A DNA stretch of 64,000 bases, taken from Polyangiaceae bacterium (GTDB lineage: Bacteria; Myxococcota_A; Polyangia; Polyangiales; Polyangiaceae). This document shows, piece by piece, positions 19,518-31,423 of this stretch. The DNA lies in assembly GCA_965222375.1 (NCBI GenBank), contig CBDCTZ010000013.1, positions 32,001 to 96,000 on the forward strand. The letters are read 5' to 3'. A model generated the notes under the pieces. The model searched no databases, was not told where the DNA came from, and saw only the letters and a program-made list of their open reading frames with translations. The stretch's first letter is position 1. Every line of letters begins with the position of its first letter. The position numbers and the translations under genes were made by a program.

Positions 19518-21680
19518 CTAGACCCGTTCCACTTCGACCACGCCACCGACCTTGGTCAGGGCTTTCATCACGTTCTTGAGCTGGGCCAGATCGTTGACGA
19601 AGAAGGTGAAGATGTTGCACGCACGGCCGTCGTCACTGGCGCGGCAGTTGGCTTCGCTGATGTTGATCTTCTGGGCGCTGAAGGTCTGACTCACCGTCGC
19701 CAGAATGCCCGGCTTGTTGGCGGTCGTGACCTTGAGCTGTACGGGGCGGTTGATCTTGGCTCGGCTGTCCCAGCTGACGTCGATGCGGCGCTCGGGATCG
19801 GAATTGTCAAAGGCCTTGGGGCATTGGCGCCGGTGGATGGTCGCGCCCCGGCCTCGGGTGATGAAGCCGATGATGGCGTCGCCGGGCAGTGGGTTGCAGC
19901 ACTTGGCGTAGCGAACCAAGACGTCATCGATGCCGCTGACCTTGATCCCGCTGTGGTCGCGACCGGTGACCTTGCGGACGATCTGCTCGATGCGGCCCTC
20001 GCGCAAGCTGGGTGGCGCTTCCGCACCCTCGTCATCCTTGGCCCGCGCTGTCTTGACGACTTCATCGGCGTTCAGCTTGCCGTAGCCGACCGCAAGCAGC
20101 AGCTCGTCCCAGGTGCCGAAGCGATGCGCTTCCCAAAGTCGGCGCATCTCGGTTTCGTTCTTGATCAGCTTGGCGTAGCTCATGCCCGCTCGTCGCATGT
20201 CCGATTCGAGCAGCTCCCGCCCCAAGTTCACGCTCTTGATGCGCTGGTCTTGACGCAAAAAGGCACGAATTCGACCACGGGCGCGGCCGGTGACGGCGTA
20301 ATCCAGCCAATCCTTGCTGGGCTGTTGCTGGGGCGAGGTCATGACTTCGACCACGTCGCCGTTGCGCATCTTGTAGCGCAACGGAACGATTTGCCCATTC
20401 GCGCGAGCGCCGGAGCAGTGATTGCCGACGTCGGTGTGAATCGAGTACGCGAAGTCGATGGGCGTGGCGCCCCGAGGGAACACCCGCAGGTCGCCGCGAG
20501 GAGTGAAGATGTAGATCTCGTCGGGGAAGAGATCGATCTTCACGCTCTCCAGGAACTCCGCAGGGTCTTTCACGTTGCGCTGGAAGTCCGCCAGCTCTTT
20601 GAGCCAACCGAACTTGTCGGCTTCTTGCGGGTCGACGCCACCGGAGATGCGCTCTTTGTACTTCCAGTGCGCGGCGACGCCGTGTTCCGCCACGCGATGC
20701 ATGTCGTGGGTGCGGATTTGGATCTCGATGCGTTGCCGGCCCGGGCCAATCACCGTGGTGTGCAGAGACTGGTACATATTGGGCTTCGGTAGCGCCACGT
20801 AGTCTTTGAATCTTCCTGGCACCGGCGTCCAGCGGGAGTGGATCACGCCCAGCACGGCGTAGCAGTCGCTGACGCTCTCCACGCAAATGCGGAATGCGAT
20901 CACGTCGTAGACCTGCTCGAAGTCGCACTGGGCGGCCTTCATCTTTCGGTAGATGGAGTACATGTGCTTCGCGCGCCCGGTCACTTCGGCGGCGAAACCG
21001 GCTTCGGCCAAGCGCGACGTGATGGTGCGGCACACGCCCTCGATGTAGCGCTCGCGTTCCTTCTTGGTCTTGGACAGCTTGCCGGTGATTTCCCGGTAGG
21101 CATCCGCGTCCAGGTGGGTGAAGGAAAGGTCTTCGAGTTCGCTCTTGATGCGCTGAATGCCCAGTCGATTCGCGAGTGGAGCGTAGATTTCCAAGGTTTC
21201 CCGAGCGATCCGCTCCCGGGACTCGGGCTTCATGTGCTCCAGCGTCCTCATGTTGTCGAGGCGGTCGCAGAGCTTGACCAGCAGCACCCGCAGGTCCTTG
21301 GCCATGGCCACGACCATCTTGCGGAAGCTCTCGGCCTGGCGATCTTCTTTGCTCGTGAAGTTGATCTTGCCGAGCTTGGTGACGCCATCGACGATTTCTG
21401 CGATCTCGGTGCCAAAGTCACGCTCGATGTCGACCAGGGTGCTGGGTGTGTCCTCGACCACGTCGTGGAGCAGGCCGGCGCACACACTGGCGGTATCGAG
21501 GCGCAGCTCGGCGATGATCGCAGCCACGCTCACCGGGTGGATGAAGTACGGATCTCCGCTCTTCCGCATCTGCTCCCGGTGCGCCCACTCAGCGTAGTGG
21601 TAGGCGCGCCGAATCAAATCGGCGTCGGATGCGGGCTGATAGGACTGGATGCGGGTGACGAGATCGTCGGCTGCGAGCAT
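19518..21680 (-). CDS. rel: Bifunctional (p)ppGpp synthetase/hydrolase RelA/SpoT
   Basis: RKSGDPYFIHP, LHDVVED, KPNMYQSLHT, EIQIRT; TGS and ACT domains. Confidence 0.95.
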   Translation of the reverse strand: MLAADDLVTRIQSYQPASDADLIRRAYHYAEWAHREQMRKSGDPYFIHPVSVAAIIAELRLDTASVCAGLLHDVVEDTPSTLVDIERDFGTEIAEIVDGVTKLGKINFTSKEDRQAESFRKMVVAMAKDLRVLLVKLCDRLDNMRTLEHMKPESRERIARETLEIYAPLANRLGIQRIKSELEDLSFTHLDADAYREITGKLSKTKKERERYIEGVCRTITSRLAEAGFAAEVTGRAKHMYSIYRKMKAAQCDFEQVYDVIAFRICVESVSDCYAVLGVIHSRWTPVPGRFKDYVALPKPNMYQSLHTTVIGPGRQRIEIQIRTHDMHRVAEHGVAAHWKYKERISGGVDPQEADKFGWLKELADFQRNVKDPAEFLESVKIDLFPDEIYIFTPRGDLRVFPRGATPIDFAYSIHTDVGNHCSGARANGQIVPLRYKMRNGDVVEVMTSPQQQPSKDWLDYAVTGRARGRIRAFLRQDQRIKSVNLGRELLESDMRRAGMSYAKLIKNETEMRRLWEAHRFGTWDELLLAVGYGKLNADEVVKTARAKDDEGAEAPPSLREGRIEQIVRKVTGRDHSGIKVSGIDDVLVRYAKCCNPLPGDAIIGFITRGRGATIHRRQCPKAFDNSDPERRIDVSWDSRAKINRPVQLKVTTANKPGILATVSQTFSAQKINISEANCRASDDGRACNIFTFFVNDLAQLKNVMKALTKVGGVVEVERV

Positions 21681-21813
21681 GGAATTTCGCCGAAATTTCG
21701 GCGGGTAATGGAAAGTAACACCGCGGAAGGTCCTCAGCAAAGCGGGGCCGCTGCCGAACCTGGCAATCCGCCCCGAAAGCCTGGCGTGAAGCCTCGGGCG
21801 CCAACCCCGTACT

Positions 21814-23031
21814 ATGCTCGGCCAGGTGCCTGTGGACGCTCCAACCCCGGGATCCGGCGACATCGGCATCTATGTGCACTTCCCGTGGTGCTTACGGAAG
21901 TGCCCCTACTGCGACTTTCTGAGCGTGGCGCGTGAACCCAGCACACTGCCGCATCATGACTACGCAGCGGCGGTCCTCGCCGAGTTCGAGCGGCGCCACA
22001 CTGCGCTCGACGGGCGCCCGGTGACCACCGTCTTCTTCGGGGGTGGGACTCCTTCGCTGTGGGATCCTGCGGCGCTGGGTTCGGTGCTCCGGGCGATCGA
22101 GGAATGGTCTCCTCGGGCGCCCGTCGAGGTGACCGTCGAGTGCAACCCCTCCAGCCTGAGCTACGACACGGCTCGCCGTTTGCTCGACCAGGGCGTCAAC
22201 CGCTTGAGCGTTGGCGTGCAGAGCCTGGACGCGGATCGGCTCGAGTTCCTGGGGCGGCGGCACACTCCGGACGAAGCGCTCGTCGCCCTGCAGGAGGCGG
22301 TGCGGGCTGGGATCCCGCGGCTGTCGGCTGACCTGATCTTCGGCGTTCAGGGGCAGTCTCCCGACAACGCCGCCGAAGAGGCGACGCGCCTGCTCAGCGA
22401 GGGCCTCAGCCATCTGTCTGCCTACGCCCTGACCATCGAGCCGGGCACCCAATTCGGACAGCTGAAACGCCAAGGTAAACTGCCCCTACTGCGCGAAGAC
22501 GCCGTCGCCGAGAGCTACCTCGCCGTGGAGCAGGTGCTCACTGCAGCCGAGTTCGAGCATTACGAAATCTCGAACTACGCGCGCCCGGGGGAGCAGGCGC
22601 AGCACAATCTGGGCTACTGGCGCGGGCAGGACTACCTGGGGCTCGGCGTCGGCGCCTGGGGCACGGTTTCGATCGGTGAAAGGCGCGAGCGCTACCGCAA
22701 CACGGTCACGGCCGAGGCGTATATGCGACCGGACGCCTGGGTCGACGCCGACCTGTGCGACGCTGGCTCGGACAAGCTGCTTCGCGAGTGGGATCTGATC
22801 TCGCCCGCCACGGCACTATCCGAGCGCATCATGTTGGGGCTTCGATTGAGCGAGGGCGTCGATGTGACCGCTCAGGCAGCGCAACTCGGCGTCGACGCTT
22901 GGCCCGAAGCGCGTCGCCGCGCCCGGGACAAGTGGCTCGGGCGCGGAGACTTGGTGCTCTCCGATGGGCGACTGAGGATCGCGCTGGCGGCTTGGCTTCG
23001 AGCCGATGGCATCATCAGCGAGCTGATCTGA
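21814..23031 (+). CDS. hemW: Radical SAM heme chaperone HemW
   Basis: IYVHFPWCLRKCPYCDF, FGGGTPS, YEISNY, HNLGYW. Confidence 0.9.
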   Translation: MLGQVPVDAPTPGSGDIGIYVHFPWCLRKCPYCDFLSVAREPSTLPHHDYAAAVLAEFERRHTALDGRPVTTVFFGGGTPSLWDPAALGSVLRAIEEWSPRAPVEVTVECNPSSLSYDTARRLLDQGVNRLSVGVQSLDADRLEFLGRRHTPDEALVALQEAVRAGIPRLSADLIFGVQGQSPDNAAEEATRLLSEGLSHLSAYALTIEPGTQFGQLKRQGKLPLLREDAVAESYLAVEQVLTAAEFEHYEISNYARPGEQAQHNLGYWRGQDYLGLGVGAWGTVSIGERRERYRNTVTAEAYMRPDAWVDADLCDAGSDKLLREWDLISPATALSERIMLGLRLSEGVDVTAQAAQLGVDAWPEARRRARDKWLGRGDLVLSDGRLRIALAAWLRADGIISELI

Positions 23032-23038
23032 GCGCTGC

Positions 23039-23111
23039 GCCGAAGCATCGGGCGGCCTCGCTTTGCGGCGAGAGCCCGGCCGAAGCACTGGGCGGCCTCG
23101 CTTTGCGGTGA
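23039..23111. repeat. Intergenic tandem repeat (2 copies, period 40)
   Basis: GCCGAAGCAxxGGGCGGCCTCGCTTTGCGG twice. Confidence 0.75.
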
Positions 23112-23168
23112 ACGCCGCGCGCCAGTTCCTTGACCAAGGCTCCGGCCTGCCCAAGTCCGCGTGGCCCG

Positions 23169-24506
<1,338 letters not shown>

Positions 24507-26975
24507 TCAGGTCGTGGCGGGCGCCGGGGCGTCCGTGGTGCTCGCCTGGGGCCGAGCGCTTTCGCTGCGCTCCTCTTTGGCTGCCGCCTGGGGGCTGGGC
24601 TCGTCGACGCCGCGGGTGTAGCCGCACTCTTTGCCGCGGGCGCATACGATCTTCGGCGTCTTCTTGGTGCCACCGAAGACGAGGAATGGGTGCTTGCACA
24701 GCGGGCAGGGCTCGGGGATCGGCTTCTGCCACAGTTTGAAGTCGCACTTCGGGTAGTTCATGCAGCCGTAGAAGGTTCTACCGCCGCGCTTCTTGGCGCG
24801 AACTTCCACGATGTCTCCTGCGCACTTCGGGCACGGCACGCCTAGCGGCACGGGACGACTGTTCTTGCACTCGGGGTAGCCGCTGCAGGCGAGGAACTCA
24901 CCGTAACGCCCGGTCTTCTTGACCATCTGGCGTTCACACTTGTCGCACACGATGTCCGTGAGCACCGGCTTGGCGGGGGAGCCGTCTTCGGCCATGTCGC
25001 AAGTGAACTTGCACTTGGGGTAGTTCTCGCAGCCGAGGAACCAACCGTTCTTGCTCCAGCGCTTGAGCATGACCGCGCCGCAATCGTCGCATTTGTACTT
25101 GGTGGGTTCTGGCGGGGGAGCCCAGCGCTCGGCCTTCTTGGCGGTATCGAGGACTTCCCGAAAACGCTTGTAGAAGCGGGTCAAGAGCGCCACGCGCTCG
25201 AGCTTGCCCGCCTCCACTTCGTCCAGATCTTCCTCCATCTTTGCCGTGAAGCTCGGGTCCATGAAGTCGAGATGGGTGGACACCAAGCCATCCACGACGA
25301 TCTTGCCGAGCTCCGTGGCCTGCATCTGACCCCCGGGGAGCTTTTCGACGTAGTCCCGAGCCTGCACCTTGCTGATGATCTCCGCGTAGGTGCTGGGTCG
25401 TCCGATGCCGCGCTTTTCCAACTCCCGCACCAGGGAACCTTCGTTGTAACGCGGCGGGGGCTGCGTGAACTTCTGCTCGGTGACGACGCCGGGCGGCGTG
25501 ACCAGAACGAGCTCTTCCTTTTCGTTCATCTCCGGCAGCAAGCCGTCTTCGGAGTCGAAGCTGAAGGCCACCTCGGCGCCGTTCTTGCCACCCGGCGGGG
25601 GTGGCGGAACGCTGCCCTCTTCCCGCGGCGTGGTCTCGTCTTCGCCGGCCAGGGTCTGGCCGCCGCCGGCGTCGAAGGTCTCGCCCTTGCCGTACTGAGT
25701 CAGCCAGCCGCCGAACTTCAGCACCTTGCCGCTAACCCGTAGGCGGTAGCTGTCGTGGCGCTTGTCCTTGCGGCCCGGGGTGGCGTCGATGTCGATGGCG
25801 GTTTGGTCGTAGACCGCCGGGGCCATCTGGGATGCGACGAAGCGGTCCCAGATCAGCTTGTAGAGCTTGAATTGCTCCTCGGTGAGGTGCTTCTTAACGA
25901 CCTCCGGCGTGAACTCCACGCTGGTCGGGCGGATCGCCTCGTGAGCCTCTTGAGCATTCTTCTTGCTCTTGAAGGTGTTGGGCTTGGCCGGCAAGAGCTC
26001 GTTGCCGTAGCGCTCCGAAATGTGCTCGCGCACCTCGTTGATGGCGTCCGGGCTCACCCGCACGCTATCGGTACGCATGTAAGTGATGAGACCGACCGGG
26101 CCGCCGTCTTTCTTGAGGTCCACACCTTCATACAGCTTCTGCGCGACGGTCATGGTGCGCTTGGCCGTGAATCGAAGGTAGCTGGTGGCGTCTTGCTGCA
26201 GCTTGCTGGTGGAGTAGGGCGCCGGGGCGTTGCGCTTCTGAACGCGCTTGGTGACCTGCGCGACCATGAACTTCGCGGTGTTCAAGTCGTCGCGAATGCC
26301 GTGGGCGTGGTCGGCACTCTCGACGGTCACCTTCTCGCCGTCGATGCGCGACAGCCGAGCGCTCACGGGGCGCTTGGCCTTGCCCATCAGGGCCGCGCCG
26401 ATGTTCCAGTACTCGTCGGGAACGAAGGCCTCGATCTCACGTTCGCGCTCGACGATCAAGCGCAGCGCAACGGACTGGACCCGTCCGGCGGAAAGCCCGA
26501 ACGCCAACTTGCTCCAGACCAGCGCCGACACGTCGTAGCCGACGATGCGGTCCAGCACCCGGCGAGCGCGCTGGGCGGCGTATAGATTGTTGTCGAGGTC
26601 GCGGGGGGTCGCGAGTCCCTTGGCGACACCTTTCTTAGTGATCTCGTGAAACTCGACCCGCTCGACGGCCAGCTTGGGGCGCTCGAGCTCTTGGGCGATG
26701 TGGTAGGCGATCGCCTCACCTTCTCTATCGGGGTCGGTTGCGAGCAGGAGGCGGTCGGCCTTCTTGGCATGAGTCTTGAGTTCAGTCAGGACCTTCGCCT
26801 TGGTCTCGATGATCTCGTAGGTCTCTTCAAATCCGCGCTCGACGTCCACGCCCATTTTCTTGGGCAGATCTTTCACGTGACCCTTGCTTGCGAGGACCTC
26901 GAAGCCCTTGCCCAGGTACTTCTTGATCGTCTTGGCTTTGGCCGGTGATTCGACGACGACGAGCGTTTTGCTCAT
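24507..26975 (-). CDS. topA: DNA topoisomerase I
   Basis: VESPAKAKTI, DPDREGE, SAGRVQS, ITYMRTDS; C-terminal Zn ribbons. Confidence 0.97.
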   Translation of the reverse strand: MSKTLVVVESPAKAKTIKKYLGKGFEVLASKGHVKDLPKKMGVDVERGFEETYEIIETKAKVLTELKTHAKKADRLLLATDPDREGEAIAYHIAQELERPKLAVERVEFHEITKKGVAKGLATPRDLDNNLYAAQRARRVLDRIVGYDVSALVWSKLAFGLSAGRVQSVALRLIVEREREIEAFVPDEYWNIGAALMGKAKRPVSARLSRIDGEKVTVESADHAHGIRDDLNTAKFMVAQVTKRVQKRNAPAPYSTSKLQQDATSYLRFTAKRTMTVAQKLYEGVDLKKDGGPVGLITYMRTDSVRVSPDAINEVREHISERYGNELLPAKPNTFKSKKNAQEAHEAIRPTSVEFTPEVVKKHLTEEQFKLYKLIWDRFVASQMAPAVYDQTAIDIDATPGRKDKRHDSYRLRVSGKVLKFGGWLTQYGKGETFDAGGGQTLAGEDETTPREEGSVPPPPPGGKNGAEVAFSFDSEDGLLPEMNEKEELVLVTPPGVVTEQKFTQPPPRYNEGSLVRELEKRGIGRPSTYAEIISKVQARDYVEKLPGGQMQATELGKIVVDGLVSTHLDFMDPSFTAKMEEDLDEVEAGKLERVALLTRFYKRFREVLDTAKKAERWAPPPEPTKYKCDDCGAVMLKRWSKNGWFLGCENYPKCKFTCDMAEDGSPAKPVLTDIVCDKCERQMVKKTGRYGEFLACSGYPECKNSRPVPLGVPCPKCAGDIVEVRAKKRGGRTFYGCMNYPKCDFKLWQKPIPEPCPLCKHPFLVFGGTKKTPKIVCARGKECGYTRGVDEPSPQAAAKEERSESARPQASTTDAPAPATT

Positions 26976-27060
26976 GACCCCTACAGTTTCCTTCCTACCA
27001 ACTGATGTGCCGGCAAGCGGGCCCGCGCAAGTCCGGGATCACCCGGCACGGACTCAAAAT

Positions 27061-28020
27061 TCAACGATATTGACGGCTTACGAATTTTAGACCGCCGCTA
27101 GGGTCGGGAGCTAAGACCCCATCTAGCGTCAGTGTCAAGATCAGCTCCTGTACTTCTGCGGCCGTCAGGCCGGTTTCTTGAACGATTGCGTCAGCATGCG
27201 TCGCCCCAGCATCCAGCGCGGCGATGACCCTCTGGCGAGGACTTGTCGGAGTCGCCGCTACGGCCGGCCCGCGGGCCGACAGATCGAGGCTGCCCTGGAC
27301 CGACGGGCGGCTGGGCGCCGTCGGATGCGCGCGTACGTTGCGCAGCTCCTGCATCACATCCCTTTCGTTGGCCAGCAGCTTCGCCCCGCGCTTCAGCTCC
27401 ACAAGGCAGCCCGCGCCTTCGGGAGTCCAGGGCGTCGACGGCACGACAAGTAGCGAGCGACCCAGCCGGCGCGCCCACTTGGCAGCATTCAGCGCTCCGC
27501 TGCGGTACCCGGCCTCAACGACCACCACGACTTGAGCCAAGGCGATCAAGATCGCGTTTCGAGGGAAGAAGGAAGCTTGGGTTGCGGGCTGATCACAGGG
27601 CAGCGCCGAGAGGTAGGCGCCCCCCGCGTCGAGGACGCGTTCGAACAGGCGACGATTGGTGTCTGGAAATGGCCGCTCCCATCCCGCAGGTGCGACGACG
27701 ACGGTCGTGCCCCCAACGTCGAGGGCGCCTTCGTGCGCCGCCGTATCGATCCCCTCGGCGCCACCGCTCCAAATGCACACGCCCTGTCGTGCGAGCGTAC
27801 GGGCGAGCTCGCGTGCGTAGCGTCGCGCGGGCTCGGTCGGATGTCGCGTGCCGACAATGGCAACGCCCGCGCCTCGCGGCAGTTGGCCACGCAAGTAGAG
27901 CGTCTTCGGCGGCTCCTCCAAGTCAGCAAGACGCGGAGGCAGCAGCGGACCCGTGAGCAGTCGGGCGGTCACGCCAGCCCCATCGGCCCGAGTCGCCACC
28001 GGTTGCGTGGCTTGTGCCAC
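27061..28020 (-). CDS. dprA: DNA-processing protein DprA
   Basis: VAIVGTR, SGGAEGIDTAAH, FFPRN, VVEAGYRSGAL; upstream of topA. Confidence 0.9.
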   Translation of the reverse strand: MAQATQPVATRADGAGVTARLLTGPLLPPRLADLEEPPKTLYLRGQLPRGAGVAIVGTRHPTEPARRYARELARTLARQGVCIWSGGAEGIDTAAHEGALDVGGTTVVVAPAGWERPFPDTNRRLFERVLDAGGAYLSALPCDQPATQASFFPRNAILIALAQVVVVVEAGYRSGALNAAKWARRLGRSLLVVPSTPWTPEGAGCLVELKRGAKLLANERDVMQELRNVRAHPTAPSRPSVQGSLDLSARGPAVAATPTSPRQRVIAALDAGATHADAIVQETGLTAAEVQELILTLTLDGVLAPDPSGGLKFVSRQYR

Positions 28021-28071
28021 TTCTCACCCGTGGCAAGCGCGGCGCTACTTCACGTAGTGGGTCGTGCTGCG

Positions 28072-28683
28072 CTACTTCACGTACAGCTGCGCGCCGATGG
28101 CGCCTGTGCCGCGCCGGGCCTTCAACACCACCGAAGCCGGGAACCCGGCGGGGAAGACGTTCTTCCAGCAGGGTTTGATCTTGGCTTCGCGACCACCGGA
28201 GTTGTCGACGGCGATGGTTGCGCTGGGCAAACCGGGGATCGGCGCTTTCGCCTGGATCTCGAGATCGACCTCTTCGACCCCGGCTCCACCGACGGCGATG
28301 ACCGTGTAGCACTTGCCCGGGTTGAGCATGATGGTGTGCTCGAACTGGCTGCCCTCGGTCAGAGAGGCGCCGAAGATCGTGCCCTCCTTCTTCATGAAGC
28401 GCGCGTCCTTCTTGGCCTTGCGGTTGATGACCTCTTCCAGAATCGCCTTCGTGGGTTCATCGAATGCAACGGGCCCGCCATCCCCAGGCAGTGGCGACGT
28501 CGCCGTGGGCGGAGGCGGCGGAGTGGTTGCGGTCGGCGGGGGCCCCGCTTCCGGCTGGGTCGGAGGTGGGTACTGAATCGGTTCGTCCTTCTTCTTGCAC
28601 GCCTGGGCAACGGCTACGCCGCCAACGAGCAGTCCAGAGGACAGGATCCACATGCGAATTCGAGGAGTGATCTTCATGGTCAT
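28072..28683 (-). CDS. Pro-rich lipoprotein of unknown function
   Basis: Signal peptide + C-KKKD; beta-rich C-terminal domain similar to the neighbouring gene. Confidence 0.6.
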   Translation of the reverse strand: MTMKITPRIRMWILSSGLLVGGVAVAQACKKKDEPIQYPPPTQPEAGPPPTATTPPPPPTATSPLPGDGGPVAFDEPTKAILEEVINRKAKKDARFMKKEGTIFGASLTEGSQFEHTIMLNPGKCYTVIAVGGAGVEEVDLEIQAKAPIPGLPSATIAVDNSGGREAKIKPCWKNVFPAGFPASVVLKARRGTGAIGAQLYVK

Positions 28684-29360
28684 TTCTTGTACGCCTGAGC
28701 GGCAACGCTACCCTGCCCCTGCACCACGTGCATGTCTACGGTCACGACCATGGGCGTGGGGTACGGGTTGCGAATGCACTTCTCGTTGGGCCCCACGGTG
28801 GGCGCCGGGCTGTCCGCGGCGCTCTGAGCCAGCACCTGGGGCGGTGCCGGAGGAGCCGTGATTAGGTTGATTTGGAAGCGGAACACGCCGAAACCGGCGA
28901 AACCGACGACGGAGTAGCAAGCGTTGGGTTGAAGTGTGAGGGTGGCCTGGGCGTGACCATCCTGCTGCAGCTTGGCGCTCATCAAGGGGCCATCGGGCTG
29001 CATGCCTTTGGCATCCGTGCCGGCCTTCATCTTGATGCCGGCCGCAACTTGTTGGTCGGCGCTCACGCCACCCAGGGTGGCCGCGCCGCCGGCGAGGGCG
29101 CCCGAGAGGATGTTCTGCAGCGTGGCTGGGTCGCCGACGATGGTCCCCAGAGGCGCCACTCCGCCCCCAGCGGGGGCCGCAGCGCCACCCTCGGGCGAGC
29201 CGGCCATGGGTCCGCCACCGGTGCCGGCCGGTCCCGGGTTCGTGCCCGGCCCGCTCTGCCCCTGCTGGAATCCTTGGGCGTCCTGAGGGGGCTGATCCTT
29301 CTTTTTGCAGCTAACAGCCGCGAGGGCTCCGGCGACTAAAACCAATGATATCTTATACAT
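28680..29360 (-). CDS. Lipoprotein, paralogue of 28072-28683
   Basis: AVSC-KKKD; LxPxxCY.V and GxG..AQ.Y.K motifs shared with neighbour. Confidence 0.6.
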   Translation of the reverse strand: MYKISLVLVAGALAAVSCKKKDQPPQDAQGFQQGQSGPGTNPGPAGTGGGPMAGSPEGGAAAPAGGGVAPLGTIVGDPATLQNILSGALAGGAATLGGVSADQQVAAGIKMKAGTDAKGMQPDGPLMSAKLQQDGHAQATLTLQPNACYSVVGFAGFGVFRFQINLITAPPAPPQVLAQSAADSPAPTVGPNEKCIRNPYPTPMVVTVDMHVVQGQGSVAAQAYKK

Positions 29361-29440
29361 AGGAACTTTTCCCCAACTTATCACGGACCCACATCGGATT
29401 CCATATACCTACATTATCGCACCGCGCTGGCCCTGTGCTA

Positions 29441-30409
29441 ATGAGACGTAACGTGAGCGTCGTCGTTGCAACTCATGGCCACTGTTTTGACGGCCTGTCC
29501 AGTGCTGTGTTGTTCACGCACCTTTTTCGCACGCTCAAAGGGCCGGCAACTTTCCGCTATCGGGCCTGTGGATATGGCACGGCTCAATCGACTCCGGACG
29601 AGCGGCTGCTCGACGGCGACGACAACGCCATCCTCGACTTCCGCTTCAGCCCATCCGAGCGGCTGAGTTGGTACTTCGATCACCATCGCACGGCGTTCGC
29701 GACCGACGCCGACGCCGGAGTGTTCGAGCAACGCAGCGAAGAGCGGCCCTTCTTCTTCGACGCGGACTACTCGTCCTGTACCAAGCTCGTGCGGGACGTT
29801 GCCAAGGCGCGCTACGGTGTCGAAGCGCCAGAGCTGCAAGAGCTGGTCGAGTGGGCGGACATCGTCGACTCCGCGCGTTTCAGCAGCGCGGAACAGGCCA
29901 TCAACCGAAACGATCCGGTGAAGCGCTTGGTCAGCGTCGTCGAACACTACGGCGACGACAAGTTCCTTTCCCGCCTCGTCCCAGAGCTGCTGGAGCGCCC
30001 ATTGATGGAAGTCGCAACCAGTCGCTACGTGGAAGAGCGCTACTCTCCGCTGGGCAAGAAGCATGAGGGCTTCATTCAGAAGGTGCGAGACCGTGGCGAG
30101 AAGCTGGGTCGAGTGGTCTACGTCGATCTGACCGGCGGCGTGTTGGACTTGGTCAGCAAGTTCGTCACCTACGCGCTCTATCCCGACTCCATGTACTCGG
30201 TTATCGTCGGCCTGCTCAGAAACGGCGCGAAGATCAGCGTGGGCTACAACCCATGGTGCGGCGAGCCCCTGGATACCGACATCAGCGCGATTTGCGCTCG
30301 CCACGGCGGCGGAGGTCACCCCGTCGTGGGCGGGATTTCCTTCAAAGCCTCGGAGCTGGATCGGGCGCGAACCGTCGCGAAGGAAATCGCGCGGGAGCTC
30401 GCGAGCTAA
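29441..30409 (+). CDS. DHH-family phosphoesterase
   Basis: CFDG, FDHH, GGGGHP. Confidence 0.8.
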   Translation: MRRNVSVVVATHGHCFDGLSSAVLFTHLFRTLKGPATFRYRACGYGTAQSTPDERLLDGDDNAILDFRFSPSERLSWYFDHHRTAFATDADAGVFEQRSEERPFFFDADYSSCTKLVRDVAKARYGVEAPELQELVEWADIVDSARFSSAEQAINRNDPVKRLVSVVEHYGDDKFLSRLVPELLERPLMEVATSRYVEERYSPLGKKHEGFIQKVRDRGEKLGRVVYVDLTGGVLDLVSKFVTYALYPDSMYSVIVGLLRNGAKISVGYNPWCGEPLDTDISAICARHGGGGHPVVGGISFKASELDRARTVAKEIARELAS

Positions 30410-30437
30410 GCGTCCCTCCCCCGCCGCGGGCAGCACG

Positions 30438-31202
30438 ATGCAGCCTTATGGAGTGCAATCCTGGCGGCGAGGCCCATCCGACAGGCCCCTCTTGCTCGGC
30501 CACCGCGGCGTGCGTCGACCCGGCGTGACGGAAAACACGCTCGCAGCGTTCGAGCTGGCGCGAGAAGAGGGCGCCGTCGGCGTCGAGCTCGACGTTCGCC
30601 TAGACTCGGACGGCGGGCTCATCGTCCTGCACGATCTCGATCTGCTCCGGGTCACCGGCAAGCGCGACCGGCGGCAAGTCGAGACGGTTCCCACGGGCGA
30701 ACTCCGCCGGCTGCAGCTGGAGCACGGCGAGCTGATCCCGAGCCTTGCGGACGCCTTGGAGTGGAGCCGTCGCCACGACCAGCGGCTCAACATCGAGCTC
30801 AAGCACGACGTCTCGGACCGGCGTCGCTTGATGCAGGGGGTCGCGGCGGCCATCGCCCGCGTCAGTGACGCTCCCGAACGCTTCGTACTGTCATCCTTCG
30901 ATCCGCGCCTGGTGCTCGGGTTGAGCCTGAGGCTGCCCGAGGTGGCGTGCGCTTGGCTCGTGCACGACAAACAGCGGGTCTTGCGCTTCGCACCCGGACT
31001 GAGACTGACCGGCGCCGCGGGCGTGCACCCCCAAGCTTCGCTGTTGAACCAAAGCAGCTTGGGTCGCTATCGGCGGCGAGCCAGCTTCGTGGGCACCTGG
31101 ACGGTGAACGACCCAGCGCGCGCGCGCCAGCTGGCCGACTGGGGCATCGACACGATCATCTCCGACTCGCCAGCGCTCATTGCCAGCGCGCTGGCTGACT
31201 GA
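30438..31202 (+). CDS. Glycerophosphodiester phosphodiesterase
   Basis: GHRG, ENTLAAF, ELDV, HD, NIELK, WTVND. Confidence 0.9.
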   Translation: MQPYGVQSWRRGPSDRPLLLGHRGVRRPGVTENTLAAFELAREEGAVGVELDVRLDSDGGLIVLHDLDLLRVTGKRDRRQVETVPTGELRRLQLEHGELIPSLADALEWSRRHDQRLNIELKHDVSDRRRLMQGVAAAIARVSDAPERFVLSSFDPRLVLGLSLRLPEVACAWLVHDKQRVLRFAPGLRLTGAAGVHPQASLLNQSSLGRYRRRASFVGTWTVNDPARARQLADWGIDTIISDSPALIASALAD

Positions 31203-31423
31203 GTGCTCAGCGGCGCTTGCATCACGCGGGACTGCGCTCGGCTTGACGGAGCCTTTCCTCGAGGCGCTTCTGCGCGTCGCCAATGAGCGAGGGAGTGCAC
31301 CCGACCCCAAACCCAATCAAGAGGGAAAGCAGTGTTACGCCGAGCGCGGTGTGCTCGCGAGACCCAACCGCTGACGCGCACGCCGTATGGGTTTTGGGTC
31401 GGGTGCTATTTCTCGCTCCCTGC

